DNA of 64,000 bases from Candidatus Poribacteria bacterium (lineage in GTDB: Bacteria; Poribacteria; WGA-4E; WGA-3G): assembly GCA_965242965.1 (NCBI GenBank), contig OZ251518.1, forward strand, positions 1,856,001 to 1,920,000. The letters are read 5' to 3'. A model generated the notes under the pieces. The model ran no database searches. It was not told the origin of the DNA and worked only from the letters and a program-made list of their open reading frames with translations. Positions 58,941 to 64,000 of this stretch are shown in pieces (positions within the stretch are counted from its first letter, which is position 1; the number at the start of each line of letters is the position of its first letter). Made by a program: the position numbers and the translations under genes.

Positions 58941-59990
58941 ATGAATACAACTTATGAAACCAACCACGAATGGGAAAAACTCGCACGGCGGATTGTCGCT
59001 TCGCGGCAACTCGTGCTAGTCATCGGTTCAGCCGATACCGGTAAATCGTCCTTCTGCCGCTTTTTAGCCGATTTTGCTGTCGCCGAAGGATTGAAGGTAG
59101 GTTTTGTTGACGCGGATATCGGGCAATCTCAAATTGGACCGGCGACGACTATCGGGTTTAAGTGTTTCGCGCCGAAGACAGAAACGCCTATTGAAATTGA
59201 TGGCGATGCTGACGCGCTCTATTTCGTCGGTGCCACCTCCCCGCGGCGCAACCTGTTGGAGGTAGTCACCGGCACACGGCTGATGGTAGACGCAGCGCGC
59301 AATGCCGAATGTGATTTCATCGTCGTGGACACGACAGGGTATGTTCATGAGAACGCCGCCATCGTCCTGAAACAGCACAAAATCGAACTTCTCCGGCCGA
59401 ACCATCTTGTCTGCATCGGGCGTTCAACGGAATTGGAACGGATAACCGCCGGCTACAGGCCGCAGGCGTGGATTACTGTTCATCACCTCTTGCCGCATCA
59501 GCGCGTCCGCTCGAAGAGCAAGAAGGCGCGCGCCCGGCACAGAAAATCGCGGTTGAACGCCTATTTCGCCGATAGCACCGTGCAACAAGTGCCGTTTGAG
59601 CAGATTCGCGGCGGACGCACGCCTTTTTTCATCGGGCGCATCGCGAACGAAAAAGAATTGGAGATTTTGACGCGCTTAACCGGCACCGAAGTCCATCACG
59701 CCGAATGGGGAAAACGGACTTTGTGCCTCATCGCATCTAGGCATCTCTCTAAGACAGCGATAGCCTCTGTCAAAAACTATCTGAGTTTGGAGCGTGTGAC
59801 AACCGAGGTTCGTTCTGCTTTTGCAAAGCGGTTGGTGGGACTTATTGGGACATCGGGAAACATTCTCTCCATCGGTATCGTTGAGGCACTTGACTTCCAA
59901 AAGCGCGAACTCAGCATCCGTTGCAAGCCGGAAGTAGCGAAGGATGCCTGCACGCTCCAATTTGGCGATTACCGCATTGAAGCATTATGA
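58941..59990 (+). CDS. Clp1/Grc3-like polynucleotide 5'-hydroxyl kinase
   Basis: GSADTGKSS Walker A, DADIGQS.IGP, VDTTGYV, R...R...YF. Confidence 0.82.
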   Translation: MNTTYETNHEWEKLARRIVASRQLVLVIGSADTGKSSFCRFLADFAVAEGLKVGFVDADIGQSQIGPATTIGFKCFAPKTETPIEIDGDADALYFVGATSPRRNLLEVVTGTRLMVDAARNAECDFIVVDTTGYVHENAAIVLKQHKIELLRPNHLVCIGRSTELERITAGYRPQAWITVHHLLPHQRVRSKSKKARARHRKSRLNAYFADSTVQQVPFEQIRGGRTPFFIGRIANEKELEILTRLTGTEVHHAEWGKRTLCLIASRHLSKTAIASVKNYLSLERVTTEVRSAFAKRLVGLIGTSGNILSIGIVEALDFQKRELSIRCKPEVAKDACTLQFGDYRIEAL

Positions 59991-61837
59991 GGGTAGTGAA
60001 CGTATCCTTGAACAAGCAATCCTTCCAACTCTACAAACGATTTGCCCGGTATCACGCGCCCTATCTCGTCTCCATTATTCTCGCAATGGCATGCGCCTTA
60101 ATCATCGCGCTCTGCGAACTCGGTGCCCTTCAAATCTTCTTCGTTGATACCATTGACGCACTGGTGGCAGTCAGCGGTAGCACTTATGAAGAACCAGTCA
60201 CTATTCGCTATTTTCAGATTGATGGGATTTTCAGTTTTGAGGGATTTGAAATTGCGCTGCCAGACATGGACGCGGCACTCCGTGCCATATTTTGGTTATT
60301 AGGTGCCTTCCTCGTCCTTGTCGCGCTCAAAGGCGTTTTTGCTTACGGTAATGACTATCTGATGGCGCGCGTGGCACATCAGGTATCCTTTCAGCTGCGG
60401 AACGCGCTCTATCAGCGGCTCGTTTCTGCCCCCTTAGCGACACTCCGCGATGAACGCAGCGGCGATTTGATGACGCGCGTCACCGATGATGTGCGGGTGT
60501 GGCAGAACGCTGTCGCCTCCATGGCAAATATCATCCGTGCTATCACCGTCGTCACCGTTTTTATGTGCTGGCTGCTCATCAGTAGTTACCGGATGACAGT
60601 TTTTGTCCTGCTGCTTCTCCCGCTGCTCGCGTATCTTATCATGCAGATAGGGACACGGATTCGCAAAAACAGCACCGAGATTCAGCAACGCAGCGCGGAC
60701 ATTTACTCTCAGTTGAAAGAGACGCTTTTCGGCATCAAGATTATCAAAAGTTTCACGGCTGAATCTGCGGAGATGGCACGCTTTCGCGCGATGAACTGGA
60801 GTCAGTACTGCGCGGCGATGCGGCGCGCGCGTTGGGCGGCGTGCTTACCACCGACGCTTGAGTGGCTGAGTGCCGTCGGCATCGCTAGCGTCTTTGGCCT
60901 CGGGTGCTGGCAGGTTATTTCAGGTTCGCTATCAACCGGCGAGTTCATCGGCTATATCACGATGGTAGGGCTGATGTTTAAGCCGATGAAGACAATCGGC
61001 GGTGTGAACACGGCGTTGCAACAGTGTCTCGCATCCGCAGAACGGATTTTTTATGTGTTAGAACTCCGCACGGAAGCGCGCGAGGAAAACGCGTCCGAAT
61101 TGCAAAACGTGCGCGGGGATGTCGCCTTTCACAACGTCTCTTTTGCCTATCATCAAGAACCTACCCTGAAGGACATCACTTTTGAGGCGAAGCAAGGCGA
61201 AGTCATCGCGCTTGTCGGGCCGAGCGGCAGCGGGAAAACGACGCTGCTTAATCTCCTGTTGCGTTTTTATGAAGTAGGCACCGGCACGATTGCGATTGAT
61301 GGCACGCGCATCGGCGAAGTCACGCTGGCATCCCTGCGCCGAAACATCGCGCTTGTCCCACAAGATACCTTCCTCTTTGACGGCACTATTTTAGAGAATA
61401 TCGGCTACGGTTACCCCGGTGCGTCGCGGGAAGCGATTATTTCGGCGGCACGACAGGCGAACGCGCACGACTTTATTAGCAAAATGCCTCGCGGCTACGA
61501 TACGCCAATTGGCGAAGCAGGCATGCGCCTTTCCGGTGGTGAACAGCAACGGCTTTCTATCGCCCGCGCGCTGCTCAAAGATGCACCCATCCTCGTGTTA
61601 GACGAAGCGACTTCCTCGTTGGATACGCATTCGGAAGCACTTATTCAGAAATCACTGACGAATCTGATGGCGGGGAGAACCAGTTTTATCATTGCGCATC
61701 GGCTCTCCACCGTGGTGCGCGCCGACAAAATCCTCGTCCTCCGCGATGGCGAGATTGTGGAAACGGGAACGCATGAGACGCTTTTGGCGGCGGGTGGATT
61801 GTATCAGAAGTTGTGCGAGATGCAGTTTGGGGTTTGA
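59987..61837 (+). CDS. MsbA-like ABC exporter (fused TM and ATPase domains)
   Basis: GPSGSGKTT, LSGGEQQR, LDEATSSLD, IAHRLST. Confidence 0.92.
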   Translation: MRVVNVSLNKQSFQLYKRFARYHAPYLVSIILAMACALIIALCELGALQIFFVDTIDALVAVSGSTYEEPVTIRYFQIDGIFSFEGFEIALPDMDAALRAIFWLLGAFLVLVALKGVFAYGNDYLMARVAHQVSFQLRNALYQRLVSAPLATLRDERSGDLMTRVTDDVRVWQNAVASMANIIRAITVVTVFMCWLLISSYRMTVFVLLLLPLLAYLIMQIGTRIRKNSTEIQQRSADIYSQLKETLFGIKIIKSFTAESAEMARFRAMNWSQYCAAMRRARWAACLPPTLEWLSAVGIASVFGLGCWQVISGSLSTGEFIGYITMVGLMFKPMKTIGGVNTALQQCLASAERIFYVLELRTEAREENASELQNVRGDVAFHNVSFAYHQEPTLKDITFEAKQGEVIALVGPSGSGKTTLLNLLLRFYEVGTGTIAIDGTRIGEVTLASLRRNIALVPQDTFLFDGTILENIGYGYPGASREAIISAARQANAHDFISKMPRGYDTPIGEAGMRLSGGEQQRLSIARALLKDAPILVLDEATSSLDTHSEALIQKSLTNLMAGRTSFIIAHRLSTVVRADKILVLRDGEIVETGTHETLLAAGGLYQKLCEMQFGV

Positions 61838-61839
61838 AA

Positions 61840-62300
61840 CGATGGCGAGGGACAGGCCCTCGCCCTACGGTGACGTGCCGTTTTTTTTCGTAGCGCGGGG
61901 GCCTGTCCCCCGCGTTTTCTCAAGAACCGTTTTTTTTCGTAGCGCGGGGGCCTGTCCCCCGCGATCTCCATCGTTCCGATGTGTGTTTCCCCTCTCTGTA
62001 GTTTGTGATCGCCTGATCACAAACGGTTCGGGAGCAGGCGCTCCCGAACTACAGAGCCTGGCGAGCGAGCGATGGCGAGGGACAGGCCCTCGCCCTACGA
62101 TACCGCACGCCGTTTTTTCGGCCGCAGCGATGGCGAGGGACAGGCCCTCGCCCTACGGTGAAAGGGAGGGCTTTTCTCCTACCGTAGCGCGGGGGCCTGT
62201 CCCCCGCGAGCGTTGGAGCGCGCGAACGATCGCGAGGGAAACCCGCTCGCATGCGCGTGTGGCATGCGAGGGCCCAAACCCTACGATACCGCACGCCGTT
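61840..62300. repeat. REP cluster
   Basis: Multiple GTAG-type families. Confidence 0.88.
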
Positions 62301-62388
62301 TTTTTCCATTCCAAAAAAAAATCCATCTTAAGTAAACCTATACCCCTCCGTTAACGTCATATATAGGTAACAAGAGGACAGGCATTAG

Positions 62389-62424
62389 AAAAAGGAAAAG
62401 CCCCAACCCGCAACAGGTTAGGGC
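62389..62424 (-). terminator. Intrinsic terminator of the pentapeptide gene
   Basis: Minus strand GCCCTAACC-TGTTGCG-GGTTGGGGC followed by TTTTCCTTTTT. Confidence 0.7.
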
Positions 62425-62441
62425 AACGCCACTGCTTGCGC

Positions 62442-63017
62442 TTAATTCCGTCCTTGTTTGGTGATGGCACCAGCCAAGTCTGCCTCACGATAGACGGCTT
62501 CGGAAAGATCGACCTCGTAGAGATAGGCACCTTTGAAATTCGCGCCGAGGAGGATAACGCCTTTCAGTTTAATTTCGCCGAAAATCGCCTCTTCGAGATT
62601 CGCGTTTTCAAAGGTGGTTAATGTGCCGAAGGGCCCCGGGACCACGCAGTGCGGGCAGCCGATGGTTGCCTTGCGTAGATTGGCACGTCGGAAATTCGTG
62701 CCGTTGAGTAGACTCCCGCTGAGGAACGCGCCCCGTAAATCCGCATCCTCGAACGTCGCGTCCGTTAAATTGGAACCGACGAGGTAGGTGCGGTGAAGTT
62801 TGGTGCCGGTGAGGACTGCACCGGTGAGATTCGCATCGTTTAGATTTGCGTCCGAGAGATCGGTTTCTCGCAGGTTCGCGCCACTCAGATTCGCGGCACC
62901 CAGGTCCAGCCCGGCCAGCGATTGTTCTGCCAAATCGATGTTCGCCAGATTTTCGCCGGCAAAGGATGCACCAGCGAGGGCCCCTTTGATAATGTCACTT
63001 TGCGTTAATTGATGCAT
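62442..63017 (-). CDS. Pentapeptide repeat protein
   Basis: A(N/D)LxX repeats; GGAGG RBS. Confidence 0.9.
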   Translation of the reverse strand: MHQLTQSDIIKGALAGASFAGENLANIDLAEQSLAGLDLGAANLSGANLRETDLSDANLNDANLTGAVLTGTKLHRTYLVGSNLTDATFEDADLRGAFLSGSLLNGTNFRRANLRKATIGCPHCVVPGPFGTLTTFENANLEEAIFGEIKLKGVILLGANFKGAYLYEVDLSEAVYREADLAGAITKQGRN

Positions 63018-63285
63018 GAGTTGCCTCCAATTTTTTCAAAATCGGACTTACGCGGGCGAGTGCTAAAAGCACGCCGACTCTCGTAGGGCGAGGGCCTGTC
63101 CCTCGCCATGCCGGCAGGCACGGCTTAAAAGCACGCCGACTCTCGTAGGGCGAGGGCCTGTCCCTCGCCATGCCGGCAGACTAGTGAGGTAAGTCCTACA
63201 ATAAAGTATACCACATAAACCGAGAAAAGTTAACTTATTTTTCGGTGGCGTGCCTGCCGAAACAAACATGCCGTGAGGTGCAGAA

Positions 63286-64000
63286 ATGAGAGACTATTAC
63301 GCGTTCTACCCAGAAGCGGAAGAGCTTTTCCAGCCGGAGGAGAAGCACGTCGAGTATCCGAGCACATCCAAGGATGAGAACTTCGCGTATCTGCAAAGAA
63401 TCGCGAGGACTCCCCTGCTTGAGCCGGCCGAGGAGCGCGCCCTCTTCCAAAAATATCGGGAGGGGTTGCAGACATTCATGGGGCTGTTAAATCGCTTCCC
63501 CACCTGGATGCTTGCATCGCTTGAATTTCCCCGGAACCGCGCCGCTAGCGGTGATTACGAATTTGAACCGGCGCAATCAGAACACGGAACTGTAGTAGAC
63601 CAGGTGCGCGCGCATGTCCACAACATCGGCGACTTGCTGGAACGCCTGGACGAAAAAGCGCAATGCCTCGCGGCGGCAGAGAAGCGTATCTTTGCAGCCA
63701 ACGCGCACCTCCTGAAAAAGTATGTGGAGGCGACTTCACTCGCGGCGGCGCGCACACAACTGACACCTACTGAATTGTGGCGTGCAGCACAATTCGGCCT
63801 TCGGCGCGCTATTGGAGAGTGCGGGATGCGACGCGGCGAGGAATTCCGCGCCTACGCGTGCCGCTCCATCCGCCGGAGCATCACCGCCTTGGCCAAACGG
63901 CAGGCGGGCCTGAAAAAGGACACCGAGGGGCACCCCGATGTCGCGCGACGCATGCAAAAACTTCTCCGCGCAACGCCGTTCAGCGCAATCGAAGAAGAAC
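63286..64000 (+). CDS. Divergent sigma-70-like protein (partial, runs off the window)
   Basis: Frame open from ATG 63286; region 1.2-like YLQRIARTPLLEPAEERAL; region 2-like IFAANAHL...GLRRAI...RRGEEFRAYACRSIRRSIT. Confidence 0.65.
   Translation, partial: MRDYYAFYPEAEELFQPEEKHVEYPSTSKDENFAYLQRIARTPLLEPAEERALFQKYREGLQTFMGLLNRFPTWMLASLEFPRNRAASGDYEFEPAQSEHGTVVDQVRAHVHNIGDLLERLDEKAQCLAAAEKRIFAANAHLLKKYVEATSLAAARTQLTPTELWRAAQFGLRRAIGECGMRRGEEFRAYACRSIRRSITALAKRQAGLKKDTEGHPDVARRMQKLLRATPFSAIEEE

Noticed and set aside
1-64000. rRNA, tRNA, prophage or intact transposase genes
   Set aside because: None was recognised by eye; a tRNAscan/Infernal run would be needed to exclude them formally

Overview
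Bacterial chromosomal window with about 50 CDSs. It is probably from a Candidatus Poribacteria-like organism; this is inferred from the LRR/dockerin/'NYPNP.NPETWIP' secreted proteins, lamin-tail proteins, the DUF6785-like membrane protein and Uma2/Rpn paralogs, not from a marker gene. The left third holds a putative sulfated surface-glycan locus: a GH-A clan hydrolase, two sulfotransferases, Wzi, a GT4 glycosyltransferase and a priming sugar transferase. A block of secreted proteins interrupts it: a lamin-tail lipoprotein, an LRR-dockerin protein, three Tat-exported sulfatases and a deleted fourth copy. The middle holds lpxC-fabZ/lpxA/lpxI, an MNT-HEPN fusion, mltG, ruvX, a UbiB kinase, an AAA nuclease, PspA plus an ABC exporter, an E2 acyltransferase, truD, a ferredoxin fusion and bioA. 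The right holds a Type IIG/ISP-like R-M gene, a multiheme cytochrome, Uma2, TrmH, an Rpn-like nuclease with a duplicated C-terminal gene, a Clp1-like kinase, an MsbA-like ABC transporter and a truncated divergent sigma-70-like ORF. Intergenic DNA is dense with several GTAG-type REP families, some inserted in frame inside genes. Top leads: (1) a ~335-nt multi-stem, possibly pseudoknotted RNA between a consensus promoter and the LRR gene; (2) REP-derived peptides inside enzymes, with duplication footprints; (3) a CxxU selenoprotein missed by the ORF track; (4) a ferredoxin-TM-HSP20-like fusion; (5) an Rpn gene with a stand-alone RpnS-like copy; (6) a sigma-70-like protein lacking the promoter-melting tryptophans. 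All calls were made by eye; no searches or folding programs were run.
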